Part shown: positions 12,158-24,218 of the stretch, one piece after another
Layout of the letters: each line of letters starts with the position of its first letter
Position numbering within the stretch: the first letter of the stretch is position 1
NCBI GenBank assembly: GCA_000708835.1
Contig: DF237437.1
Location: 2,628-66,627 of the forward strand
Direction: 5' to 3'
From: Klebsormidium nitens
Taxonomy: Eukaryota > Plantae > Klebsormidiophyceae
DNA: 64,000 nt
Made by a program: the position numbers and the translations under genes
The notes under the pieces: model-generated
What the model was told of the DNA's origin: nothing
What the model saw: the letters and a program-made list of their open reading frames with translations, nothing else
The model's database searches: none

Positions 12158-15100
12158 ATGTCGAACCCATCAGCAGCACTTGGACCTAGGGAGCAGGCCA
12201 GTACCAACCCCGTTCTGTCCAGAGATAGCTCCACACAAGCTGCAGCACCTGACGCGATGGGAGGTGCTGAGAGAGTAACTAGGGAGGGGGCCCTTTCTGA
12301 GCGAGCTGAGAGAGTGGTGGCAAGGAGTTCCTCACCTTACTATGCCGGATGGAAAGAAGTAGCCCGGAACCCGTACGACAAGAAATCCAACCCTGAAGGC
12401 TGCATTCAGCTGGGTTTGGCTGAAAACATGGTGAGTCTATCCCTGAGGGCCAGAATTTATCGTACCTTTTATTAGGCTCAAGCTTGTGCTTTTGCTTTTT
12501 TCAAATACGCGTGCGTACCAGAAGAAACGTCACAAACGGGCAGTGATCCTGAGGAGGGCGCTCCATTGCTCTTGGTTTGGAAGACCTGCGTCCCCCTGCT
12601 GTGACCCATCCAGACAGGAGATGACCATTGCTCTGGCGCAGTCTACTGTCAACGCCTTCGATTGGTGTTTTCCAAGAAATGAGCTTCTCGCTCTGATGGT
12701 TCCCTGGCAGATGACTTCAGTAGTGCTTTCTATGGAGGAGACGATGCACTCCGTGAAGCACTAGACCTAGCTCTCAGCACTCAATGTTCCATAATCTTCT
12801 TGGCACTCTTGAACCACAGTTGTCGATTGAAAGCCATGTAAAGCACACCCCCTTAACACCACTGTGAAGGAGTCGGAAGCATAAACCATCTGGTCATCTG
12901 TGCAGTTGTCCGTTGACTTGATTGAGGAGTGGCTCTCAGTGCACCGACTAGACTTCTCAGGCTATCCCGGGGGCCCTGCGAACGTACACGATGATGCACC
13001 ATACCAGTCCAACCACGGCAGCTTGCGCATTCGACAAGTGAGACAATATGTGCATCTGACTTTTCCAGTGTGTCAAGAATCGGCCGACCCTACACATCAG
13101 CAGAAAGTCTGAGGTTGCTTAAACGTTCAACAACTGCACAAACGTACAACAACTGAACAAAACCGTGTTTTTTTTGCAAGAATAGAAATGAAATGCCGCT
13201 CGGGGCTCTGTTGAAACTTGAAACATCGAATGCTGGGCACGGAAGTCGAAATAAACATTGAGATCTCTAGGTGACGCAATTGCTCTCTACACGAAGTTCT
13301 CTCTTGCTAACATTCACGATGCAAGACCCTTCGAACAGATAAATACACACGGGACCCAATCTGAAAAGCCTTCGGAATCAAATAAAGATGCCATAGAAGT
13401 ATGCCTCATGGTCCCCCCACCCTTGCTCGCAGGCGTTTGCTAAGTTCATGCAAAAAGCTCTGCAACTGCGAACGCCCCTTGAACCGGAGCACGTCCTCGT
13501 GGGGGGAGGCTGCTCGGGTCTCATCGAAATCCTCGCCTTCTCTCTAGCGGACCCGGGGCAGGGCTTCTTGCATCCCAGCCCCATCTACCCGGGGTGAGCC
13601 GTCGAGGTTTTCACCCTTCCGACTCATACTTCTCCAAGAGTCTGGCTTCTCATAGGTGAAAACGAGATTGTGAAAGTTGCTCGGCTTGACCCCTGTGCCG
13701 ATTGCAGAGGCACGAAGCGAATTTTGAAACGAAAGTCCGCACAACCAGCAGCTTTCGTGGTCAACTTTTGCATTTTCTCTCTCTAGAAGCATCTGAGCAG
13801 GAGTCTGGATGTTTGGGGAGCTCCTGGTTTTGTAAGAGCTTCTTTGGAGAATAGGTGGTGATCTTCAAAAGCCGTCGGCTGCTTGACCGCTTCTAACACC
13901 GCCTCCCTAATCGCGGACCACTTTGCAATGCTACGCTTCACCTGCAGTCCGACGAGGCGCTGGACGTTTTCAAATATAAAGGCACAGTCTTTCGAACGTT
14001 TGAAAACTTTCCTTTTCGTCTTCTGATTGGACGCTTCTGATGGACGCTGCTGAACAAAAATGACTTCCACTTTCTATACCATCCACTTTCGTGGCAGCAA
14101 GGCATGCCCAACCTGACAGGCTGCTCGCATCAACAATTCGAGTCTTTATGGCCGGCATCCGAACCGCATCTTTTTCTCTTCAGCTTCGAGACCGACACCC
14201 TCGTCCGTGCCGGAACGCCTCTCTTGCTCGTCCCGGGGAAGAGCGCCGACCACTTCGCCGTCACCCGAGATGACCTTGAAGCGGCTGTTGCCGAGCATTC
14301 CGCCCGGGGACTGGTGCCCCGAGCGCTTCTCCTAGCCTCGCCCAACAACCCCCTCGGAACCACTTACACCCACGAACAGCTCTCCTCCTACCTCGCGTTT
14401 TGCAAAGCCCGCTCCCTCCACGTCATCTCTGACGAGATCTACGCCGCGTCGGTGTTCGGGCCCCCGGCGTTCGTCAGCATGCTGACGGTCGTCGAGGAGT
14501 CGGACAAAGAAACGCGCGAGTTCGCGCGCGAGCACGTCCACGTGCTGTACGGAATCTCGAAAGACCTGGGGCTGCCCGGGTTCCGGCTCGGGGGGATGTA
14601 CACGCGGAACGCGCGGCTGGCGGAGGCGACGTCGGCGCAGCTGCGCTTCTGCTCGGCGTCCAGCGTCACGCAGCGGCTGGTGACGTCACTCCTGGAGGAC
14701 GAGGCGTTCCTGGACTACTTCTTCGAGGTGAGAGCGCCGATGGCTTCGTCGTGGACGGTTTCGTTTTGAACGTGGCCTTCACGATCCGCTCCAGTCAGCT
14801 ATGCTTTTCGAATGTGTGACGATAAGAAGGGAAAGGAAACGACAAGACGGACGCCTCCTGATACGAACCAGATAAGAAAATGGCCGTCTCGAGAGAGATG
14901 CAAGTTCTCAATCATGTCTCCGATCGAAGCCTTTTGGCACTGTGGCGATACGCGTTGACGGTTCTTGAGTCCTTGTGTGCAGCCCAAAACCCAAACCCTG
15001 CAAGCGCTCTACCCCATTGACCTGCAGTATCTGCTGCCGCCTTCGGCCTTCTCACCTGACAGGAACTTGGTTTAACTGAGGGTTTTCAGATTCTCGTCGG

Positions 15101-15606
15101 GTTCTCGTTTTCGTAGATGGATTCCAGTCGAGCTCATTCGGTTATGCTCAGCTTTCACCGATTAAGTTTAGTGGAAAGACTTGTCATTTCTCGTTCATCT
15201 TGGAGCTGGAAGGGTGCGCTGCCGATTTGGACTTCTCTGCTCAAACAAGCAGACTAAAGGCGTGACTATGTTTCTGCAGGAGAATCGTACTCGTCTTCGA
15301 CGCCGGCAGCACCTTCTCGTTACCGGCTTCGCCGAAGCGGGAATCCAGACCGTCCCAGCAAACTCCGGCCTGTTTGTATTTGCAAACTTTCGGCCCTTCT
15401 TAGAAACTCTGGACGAGGAAGGCGAGTTCGCGTTCTACATGGAATTGCTGAAAGAGATCAGGATAAACGCCAACCCGGGCGTTGCATGTCGGTCACCCGA
15501 GCCGGGCTGGTTCCGCGTCTGCTTCGCGGCTGCGTCAGACGACGCGCTCGAGGCGGCTGTTCATAGGTTGAAAGACTTTGCAGAAAGGACAAGGCGGAGA
15601 GACTGA
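12158..15606 (+). CDS. ACS: ACC synthase-like PLP-dependent enzyme (class I/II aminotransferase fold), ~478 aa, 5 exons
   Basis: Exons 12158-12430, 12906-13037, 13433-13593, 14184-14727 and 15280-15606. ACS boxes present: NPYD..NPEGCIQLGLAEN, SPIYPGF, SPNNPLG, ISDEIY, YGISKDLGLPGFRLG (PLP lysine) and PGWFRVCFA. Catalytic activity is not established. Confidence 0.9.
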
Positions 15607-16142
15607 AATGATTGTTGTTGACATTGTCCGAGCCGGACTTCTGATTGTGCAAGCTCCAGTTGTGTCCCGTTGGTACAACATCTGCGCGCGTTCTTTCCAA
15701 GAGTGAATTCTAGCAGTGCATCATCAAGTACTTATGTCAAAGGCGATGTTTATATGTCAGGCTCATGAGTTGCCAGCCTGGCCAACCGATACAGGACGGT
15801 CTGTCAATATGATAACAATCCAGGTTATCGTATGCGTCACCGCCGCCGGCAGGTGATATCATCTACCCGTACGTAGCCGTCATGCAGCATTGGCGGCCTA
15901 CAGACCTATCATCGCATGTAATACCGATAATAGAAGCTAGAATATCGTCATAAATTAAGCCTCACTCAGCACTGAGGATGACAACTTGCCTGATGGCTGC
16001 CATGTTGGCCGGCCGGCCTCGAGCAGGCACTGATGCAGTGCAATTTCAGTCGACTAAATTGAACGAAGAAACGTACGTGCTCATGCAAAGGCATGCATGC
16101 AAGCAGCTGAGCAACTAGCTGCGCCAGTGTGCATCGACTTGA

Positions 16143-16183
16143 AAACCCTATACATATATATTATGGAGTTCTCAAAACCCTAA
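16143..16183. promoter_or_regulatory. Telo-box pair with an AT-rich TATA-like spacer upstream of the GT31 gene
   Basis: AAACCCTA at 16143-16150 and AAACCCTAA at 16175-16183 flank TACATATATATTAT, about 460 bp upstream of the ATG at 16641. Confidence 0.4.
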
Positions 16184-16640
16184 CACACCTTAGGCTTCAG
16201 GTTGCCACAGCTCGGAGAGGCATGTGCAGCCTGAGCAGATCATCGATCCTGGTAGCTTGAGCAGCAGAGAAAGCTGAGCTGGGGGCGCAGCTTAGCTTAC
16301 CAGATGCCTAATCTTAGCAGGATCTGAGACACTGATACAGTGATAGGACAATCGGATTTGGTTAAGGAATGGGGAGCTCTCTAAGCTAGCTGCTCCAGCT
16401 AGCGTGTCTCCGATTTGACAAGGCGTGTATAGCTGAGAACATGTAAACAGGGCGAAGTTGTAGAGCTGCTCCTTTTTGTCGTTTCGGAGGACTCGCCAGT
16501 TGCATTTTGCTTTCACATCTCTCTTATGGGACAGAAACTTCCAATGCTTCTGCTTGCCGAGCTATAATATCAGGATATGATAGCAAGAGCAATCGGTCAA
16601 CCTGACTGCCTGAGACGAATCCCCAAAGGCAAGAGACAAG

Positions 16641-19600
16641 ATGCGTGCTCGGCGGAGCAGTGAGCCCACTGGCCTGCGGTTGACCACTGCTTTGGTGATG
16701 CTCATGGTTACATGCTTGGCATGCTTCTATGTGGCAGGAAGGTGAGCCAGCCTGGGGTTTTGCATTGATGTGGAAAGTTGCAGAGTTTTTCAAAGCAGTT
16801 TCCGTGGTTTCAAAAGGGTTGCTGAGCGGTTAGCAGGACTTAATTGCCCTTAGTAAATGACCCTTAGCTGGAAAAGCATCAATTATGGTGGTGGCATTGA
16901 TAGTGGACAAAAGCTGCTGATCAGATGCTGATCCTTGCCCTCTGTGTGAAGGGAGTTTCATGAAGAAGTCCTCCTGACGGATCTGCGTAAAAGGTACTCG
17001 ATTTTCAGCATCATCTGATTGATGGCACATCGTGAGATCTCACAACAATCGGTTATCATGGGAAAGTGTCCCCTCAAAAGGATATGTATAAGAAAGCCGG
17101 GTTGTGCAGGTTGTTCCAAGATGCGCGTCTCAGAGAACAGCTCATGCAGTTGCAAGCGCAAAAGTCCGAGGTGAGGGACGCCGGAAGATCTAGTGGCTTC
17201 TCCTTGTTGATCAAAGTTGGCCCTTCTGTCCTGCCTTCAGTGTTGTGCACATCTAATCTCAGTCAAACAAGAGATTTGTCTGTTTCAAGGCAAGCGGGCC
17301 TGAGCATCGTTATATAGAGACTTCTTTTCCTTCTTTCAGGTCAATCTATATCAGGAGTGCCACGAATTGCATCTTTACTCTGATGCAATACTTCAATTTC
17401 AAACTTTGACGCCTGACTAGGTTTCACATCACAGTAGACAAGCAGAGTTTCTAAAACGCAAACCATTGTCCTCATCAATTGATGCAGACAAGCAACGCTA
17501 CACCTCGGCAGGGGACCGAGCAACTCTTGGAGTACAGGTACAGTCCCTACGCTTCGTCCCTCTTCCACCCTCACTTTAGCACCAGCTGCCAGCGTCTTCC
17601 AAAAACCAAACTCATATTCTCGCTTGAGAGCTACATGACCATACCTTTGATTCCAAAATCTACACTGTTCCTACAAGCTCAAAACTCTCTTCCGCCCTCT
17701 TTCTTGCTTGCCCACTCCCTATCAGGGAACAGAAGAAGCGTATTGCTGAGTTGGAAATGGAGTTGGCGGCAGCCCGAGCTACGGGCTTCCACCCTGACTT
17801 CCGACTTGCAAACGCCAGCGAGACTGGGGGCCGGAGAGCCCTTGTAGTAGTGGGGATAAACACAGGATTCGGGCAAAGATCACGGCGGGACAGCATACGG
17901 AACGTCTGGATGCCCACAGGTGGGAGCTCTGTCTGATCTTTTACGCGTGCGTACTTTACTCGTGTCTGCTTGTACCTGCAAAAGAGCTCCAGGCAAATCC
18001 TGAACGGAATAGTAGCAGGTTTCATGGGACTCAGATGACTGGATGTTTTAGGCTAGTTTCACAGACACGAGAGTGGGAAGCCTCAGCTCGACTGCACTGC
18101 AGCTTCGTTCAGACCTTCTCTGATCCCGAGATACCATCTTGTTTCTCAGAGTATGGACTTGTTTGAAAAGCCGGTTGTCATTCCGTATAATCATCGAGGC
18201 AGCAGCCTGGTCGACACTCTTTTTACTAGACCCAGACAAAGGTGGACAATCATAAAAGCTGATTTATGACATGGTTAATCAACATCGTCGATTAGCAGAG
18301 ATCCACAGATCGTTGAGTGGCAAGGCAGGGTATCCTCCAAATTCAACGAGCTAACCCCGAAATTGGACAAAGCTCTGAGGGTGTTGTTCAAAGCGTCCTC
18401 CTGTGTGCAGGGAAGGCACTGACGCGCTTGGAGGAGAAGGGAATCATCGTCCGGTTTGTCATTGGCCATAGGTGAGGCAGACTTTGCTACTTTTTGGTGT
18501 GCAGTCAGAGGTCCGCACCAGGACAACACACACTGGGATGCTCATGTACGAGGTTTTTATGGCACGAAAAGCCTTTTTCATTTCTTTCCTGTGGGCTAAA
18601 CGGTAATTGCAGTTTTTCAACCAGTGTCAAGTATTTCTGTGCTGATTGGGCAATTTCTGGATCCATCGAGAGTGACAGGCCGCTTTTCCGGAGACGTTTA
18701 CCCATCGGCAGGGTCCACTTGAAAAGGGTAAGAGTAGTTGTACGTTTGCTGTTACGGAGTACGTCACTCAGCCCGACTGGGTATCCGGCGTCGGACAGGT
18801 CCGCAGTAGAGTTGGACGTCTGCGCATACCGGTGGAGCGGTCAAACAAGGTGGCTTTCGAGAAGGCGAAACAATAGACTCATCATTTTGGAAGTATGGCG
18901 GACGTACTGGAGTCGGAACGCCTCACTCGTCGTCCCCGGTGTGGCTACGTTAGGGGCCACCTTTGATCATTAAGGAGGACTACGAGATGACTGTTCGATT
19001 GCCCTATCTGGCAATCGAAGGGCCAGTCTGACCAGAACCGCCGACGATTCTAACACAAGAGCACATTGAGATCGTCCCTTTTGTCCCCTCGCAGTCCAAT
19101 CGGGGCTTCGTATGTCGTCGTTATCAAGAACGATCACTAGAGGTTTCATATCGCCCCCCCGCAGCACCGACTGCGTGACAGCTTGGACGATCAAAACTTT
19201 TAAAAAAAGTGCTTACATTTGCCTCTTCTTTACTTGCCCGCAGTCCACTTTCACGACCTAGTCTCAAACACAAGTGGTGTCTTCCTTCGTTCCGCAGTGC
19301 TAACCAGGGCGACATCTTGGACCGACAGGTCGAGATGGTACAGACTGCTTCCTCACCTTTCGCTTTTCGCTTTCCACTCATCAAAATTTAGTTCCGCCAT
19401 GCGCAAACTAGAGCGGTCTGTCTTTCGTCCCCCAGCGCCAACCAGGGTGACAGCTTGGACCGGCAAGTCGAAGAGGAGAACCGGGAGACGCAGGACTTCA
19501 TGATACTGGACCACGTGGAGGGCTACGACGAGCTGCCAATAAAAACGCAGATCTACTTCCGGACCGCCATCCAGACGTGGGACGCCAACTTCTACTTCAA

Positions 19601-20881
19601 AGTGGACGATGACGTCTTCATCAGCTTGGGTAAGCGGCGAAGGGATATATGCCGTAGAGCTCTAGTGTCTTCCGTAAGTGGGGAAGAAACGGTAGGGCCT
19701 TGACCTACAGCTTGCTGCGTGCCACACGTGGTTTCCGAACCTCCAGGGATGAAACCTCTTTTGAGGTACCTCAAACCCAGCCGAGCAAAAGGAGTGACGA
19801 CTAAGGCAGGATGCCTCGTTTTTTTACGGCTGCTCAAGGGTTGTCGATGCGCGCACCCTTCGAGATGTGTACGTTAGCAGCTGACTCGTCGGTGCCTTCA
19901 CCAGAAAGGCTCTCTCTCTTTCAGGATCGGCCCTCTTACTCGATCCTGGCCCCCTGGCCCCCCCGACACTTTGAAAACAAACACTTGGCTTTAACCTGTC
20001 CCGTTGTTAACAACGTGCCCGTATTCTCCCGCAGACGAGCTGGGGTCGATGCTGGCGACGCACGCGGCGAAGCCCAACGTGTACGTGGGGTGCATGAAAA
20101 GCGGGGAGATCTTTACGGAGCCGTCGCAAAAGTGGCACGAGCCCGAGTGGTGGAAATTCGGGGACTCCAAGACCTACTTCCGGCATGCGACGGGGCAGGT
20201 CTATGGGATCACCAAGAACGTCGCGTACTACATCTCTATAAACAGGTGAACTTGTGCGCTTGTTTTGTTGCAACTGCAGTTGACATGTTGGGTTAAAGCA
20301 AGAATGGAGGCTTTTACGGTGGATGCTGCGCGCTGTAACAGATTGCCGAGCTTCTTGTTTCAGGGGCCGGAACTCGATCGGCCACTGGAAGTTTGAGCGA
20401 ATGATGAGGAAATCCGCTCAGGTCTTCTGAGTCTCACTAATTAGAGTGAACGCACATCATTCATGACTTTTTTGCACCGAAGTCAGATCAACCGCTCCTC
20501 TCTTCACGAAGTGGAAGCGAAATAGAAGAAGAAGGGACTCGGGCCTGCAGGAATCAGTACCGCTATCTTCGATTGTGTACTTCACAAAAAACCTCCACTA
20601 GTCCTTCTTGACAGAGCATCTCTTCTTGCAGGCCAATGCTCCACAAGTACCGGAACGAGGACGTTTCTTTGGGGTCCTGGATGATCGGTCTAGATGTCGA
20701 GTACATAGATGATCGACGGCTGTGCTGCGGCAGTCCCCCGTCGACTGAGTGTCAGACTTACAAAGCTGCAGATAAGCCGTGTATAGCCTCCTTTGATTGG
20801 GCGTGCAGTGGGCTGTGCGAACCTGTTCAAAGAATGAGGCTTGTAGCAGATGTGTGCGCAAATAAACAGTCTTGGGAATAA
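16641..20881 (+). CDS. GT31 beta-1,3-galactosyltransferase / hydroxyproline O-galactosyltransferase-like (DUF4094 + Galactosyl_T), ~373 aa, 8 exons
   Basis: Exons 16641-16741, 17110-17170, 17488-17537, 17726-17919, 18411-18471, 19436-19629, 20035-20245 and 20632-20881. N-terminal TM ending FYVAGRLFQD, then ELEMELAAAR, VGINTGFG..RRDSIR..WMP, FYFKVDDD (DxD), YVGCMKSG, EPEWWKFGD and EDVSLGSW..GLDV. Confidence 0.92.
19298..19337 (+). repeat. Intronic partial copy of the start of GT31 exon 6, with its own acceptor
   Basis: ttccgcag|TGCTAACCAGGGCGACATCTTGGACCGACAGGTCGAGATG versus the true exon cccag|CGCCAACCAGGGTGACAGCTTGGACCGGCAAGTCGAAGAG at 19436; 31/40 identical. Confidence 0.85.
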
Positions 20882-22437
20882 GTAATACCACTAACCACTT
20901 AATCACTCCCCCCATTTATATTAATCACAGCCGCGTGAGTTCGTTCCGACATGATGGCAACGGTTGTCCATATGTAACACTAATTCCGGTACCGGTATAT
21001 CCACGACCGGATGTACGTGCCGCCCATATGCTCTTCTCTAGCGCTGGACCGTCGTACGGTCCTGTATTGCAAGTTGCCATCATATACAAAGCTGGGGCCG
21101 GGGGCCGCGGCCCACAATTATTCAAAGCTTAATAATGCATGCACTTGGGATTAAGTCCTCGAATTGAATCGGCTGCGCAACGCACTGCACGTTGACTGCG
21201 TGCAATTGTGACGTTTGTGAATCGATCCGATCAGAGCTGTATATATCATTGTTAGTACGTCGTGAGTCATCGATCAGTTAACTTCATCTGATCGATGATC
21301 GACGACGTACGCAGTGGATCTACGATCGGACGTATAGTATTGCATACACATGCCGCCATGTACAATGCATGATTCATCAACAGTTGTCTCTAGAGCTCTC
21401 AGGCTGTCGCCCTAGCCGCGCGGTCGCGTGCAGTCGGACCGGGCGTATACTCATCTGAGTCAGTGTGTTGTGCGCACATGACTGGCATCATGACTTGCAT
21501 CCGTTTCAATATCAATGTCCGACTAATCTATCATCAATTCTCATGAACAGGCACCGTCCACCAGCGCGCGGCAAAATAACAATTCCGACAATGCAGCGCG
21601 AATCAATGAGGCGGCTGCCAGGAGAGATGTAGCACAATAGACTGGGTCACTACCTCGAACATGCTGGGGTGGTCGAATTTAAGTTGCGAGCTGCAAAACT
21701 GGTCGGCAGTTTACGAGTCATAATGCTGCCTCCCAAACCGGCCTACAAAAGCTGAACTGAGCTCTTCAATGTAAGGAGTCAAGGATGTCTATCCCTTGCA
21801 ATTGAAGTCAATCGTACTTTACAAAAGTCTCAGTCTGCCAGGAGGCTATCATTCATCTCCTGATTGCAAAATCACCTCTGTCTTAATTCCTAGTACGCTT
21901 TTGAAGTCTTTCAACAGCAAGTCTGGGATCTTGACTTGCCATTGAGGTACGTTCCTGCAAGAGGTCGACGGTACAAGGAGAGAGACTCAGATATGATTAA
22001 TGCGTGAACGGACAAGAGATCGCAATACAAACGAATTGGAAACGATTTCATCGTAGCCAGATTCGATCGAAAGTATGCAGACAGATGACAGCCAAAACAA
22101 GGATGAATATGGTGATTCAATCCCGCCAATCACAGATTTATCTCGCTTGTGATCTCTACAACACAAATTGAGAGCATTGAACAATCTTAAGTATGCCACT
22201 TGGACACCCACCACGGAGCAGCATGCATGGAGACCAGCTTGTACGCAACAATGCAGTACCAACGCAAAACTGAGGGCGAAGACTCACCGTCATCAATTAA
22301 TGTCGGCCATGCTTGGGCAAGACCCGGTTTGTGCCAGTTTTGGAGGTGCATAGATTGTTGGATTGTCCCTTTTTGACAACTGTTTTCCCAAGCCCAGCCA
22401 TGCCACTCTGGATCAGGAGCTGAAGCTTGGGCCTTGG

Positions 22438-23490
22438 CTAGGTCGAGCTGCTCTTTTTCCTGACGCTAGCCAAAATGGTGTCAGGATCTAACCCAGTTGA
22501 GTAACCCTGCTTGACCTGGATCCCCTTCTGCGATGCCTTCTCTTCTACAGATTGTTGCACCATAGCTGGGGACGCCAGACCCGCGTCTAACAGATTGCAC
22601 GCAATCTCCATCACCCCGGGAGAATGGGGCAAAGCCATAGCTTGTACTTTAGGAAGGCCCCCACCCCTCTGGCTAACTGTTCGTGCTATCCAGCGCGCAG
22701 TCTCCATGTCCTCGCTAACAATCGGAACATTGTAATTCACAACCCAAGGAGTGGCGCCCACACAGACCACCCCGCTTTTGTCAAACCCATCTGAGGAGCC
22801 ATAATCATATGCCGGCAGCTGTGAAAGGAGAACTGGAGGGGAAGCTGAATCTGGGGAAAGGGAATGAACGGGGTGCAAATGATTGGGTGGTGGTATTTCA
22901 GAATCTTGTACAGATGGCGACAGCGCCCCACTCCACACCCCGTCTTTGGCCCCACGGAAGTATCCCAACGCTCGTCTCAGATCTGCAAGCGGTCTTGCGT
23001 CTTTCTGCGCAGCACCATAAAGATACACGGAAACGCCACAAGCAGAGCCCAATCGCTCTGCAAAGCGAACTGCGGTGGTCGCAGCTAGGTCCAGATCAGA
23101 AGCGCCTTTCAGAGGATGAAAAACTATGTGGTCTACGGCTCCAGTCCTTGGATGCGTTACTTTGACGTGCTTTCTCAGATCAATCTCCTGTAGGCTTTTG
23201 GTGGTCAATGACAAAACTGCATTGGTTAGAGCTGGAATTGTGCCAGCCAACGTGAATCCTGTGCGGTGGTACTTCTCATCTTGGAAGATGTGGCAGAGCA
23301 AACAATCAGGAAGGGCGCTCTCTGCAACTTTTGACAGGCGCTCAAGCAGTGCTATATCCCTTCCCTCAGAGACATAGACATTGGCCGCCAGAAGTGGTGG
23401 TGTGTTCCGCATTCTGGCCGATGCAGAAAAGCCTTGGCAAAACGCTGAAGTAGGGACGCATGTCTGAAACCTCCGGCACAAATGCAGCAT
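22438..23490 (-). CDS. Glutamate formiminotransferase-domain protein (FTCD N-terminal half, plant type), 350-aa ORF
   Basis: Motifs ANVYVSEGR, FQDEKYHRTGFTL, IDLRKH...HPRTGAVDHIVFHPL, VYLYGAA, LADLRRALGYF and VGATPWVVNYNVP, VQAMALPH...EIACNLL. The R/S-rich N-terminus looks like an organellar transit peptide. Confidence 0.88.
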   Translation of the reverse strand: MLHLCRRFQTCVPTSAFCQGFSASARMRNTPPLLAANVYVSEGRDIALLERLSKVAESALPDCLLCHIFQDEKYHRTGFTLAGTIPALTNAVLSLTTKSLQEIDLRKHVKVTHPRTGAVDHIVFHPLKGASDLDLAATTAVRFAERLGSACGVSVYLYGAAQKDARPLADLRRALGYFRGAKDGVWSGALSPSVQDSEIPPPNHLHPVHSLSPDSASPPVLLSQLPAYDYGSSDGFDKSGVVCVGATPWVVNYNVPIVSEDMETARWIARTVSQRGGGLPKVQAMALPHSPGVMEIACNLLDAGLASPAMVQQSVEEKASQKGIQVKQGYSTGLDPDTILASVRKKSSST

Positions 23491-24218
23491 TCTGTGAGGG
23501 GGGTTGCAGCAGAATCACTGCCGTCTGGATAAGCTAGCGTCACTCGCTGTCGTATACTGTACAGCAGAACAACGACAAGCCAAAGCTGCGCCACCTCAAT
23601 GCTCCTGGACCAGGGCTAGCCGTTAGAGTGGCGTCAGCTTCGCAGTTTCACACTAGATAGCTCAAAATCAAATTGCGCCGCCCTGACAGTGAATGCTTGA
23701 AGTTGGATGTTTGGAAATCGGAAACTCTTTTCTTGATGCCATGATGGCCCGTCATACAGCTTATATATGTATGCTTAACGATGTATTGAGCCTCCTCGGG
23801 GTAGTCAAATTTCCAAGGATCGCAGCTGTTGGATGGGGATCGGAGGGTCAGATTTGCTCCCTTAATGCTCCCGGGGTAAACCACTGCCTTATAGGGGCTC
23901 CATAACCTCTCGTGACGTGTTGCCCTATTATTTGTATATTTCTGCAATTTGGTACGACCAATCTGATTCCCTCCTCGAGAAGGAGGACAAACTTCGTCAC
24001 AAAATCTCAAAGGAAGGGGGCGCAGGTGTGGTGGCCCCCACAGTGCAAGGGCTGCCTTTTGAGCAGGACAATTGCACATCCTCTCATGAGTGGATCAAGC
24101 TCTGAGCAAGACAACACCTATAGAGATGCAGCTTGCTCAGCGAAGAAAAAACGGGACCACACCAGAAGGGTGCACTGCAGAAGTGCACATGAGTATCGCT
24201 TGATATTTCAAAGAGGAC

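Noticed and set aside
13304-13330. Possible decayed echoes of ACS exon 3 (TTGCTAA..TTCA..TGCAA) and of GT31 exon 7 (about 19835-19890)
   Set aside because: The similarity is too short and gapped to separate from chance without computed alignments.
20925-21125. Small minus-strand ORF with two cysteines (possible peptide precursor)
   Set aside because: It is only 66 codons, antisense to the GT31 3' region, within palindrome-rich intergenic DNA, and has no signal peptide or known motif.
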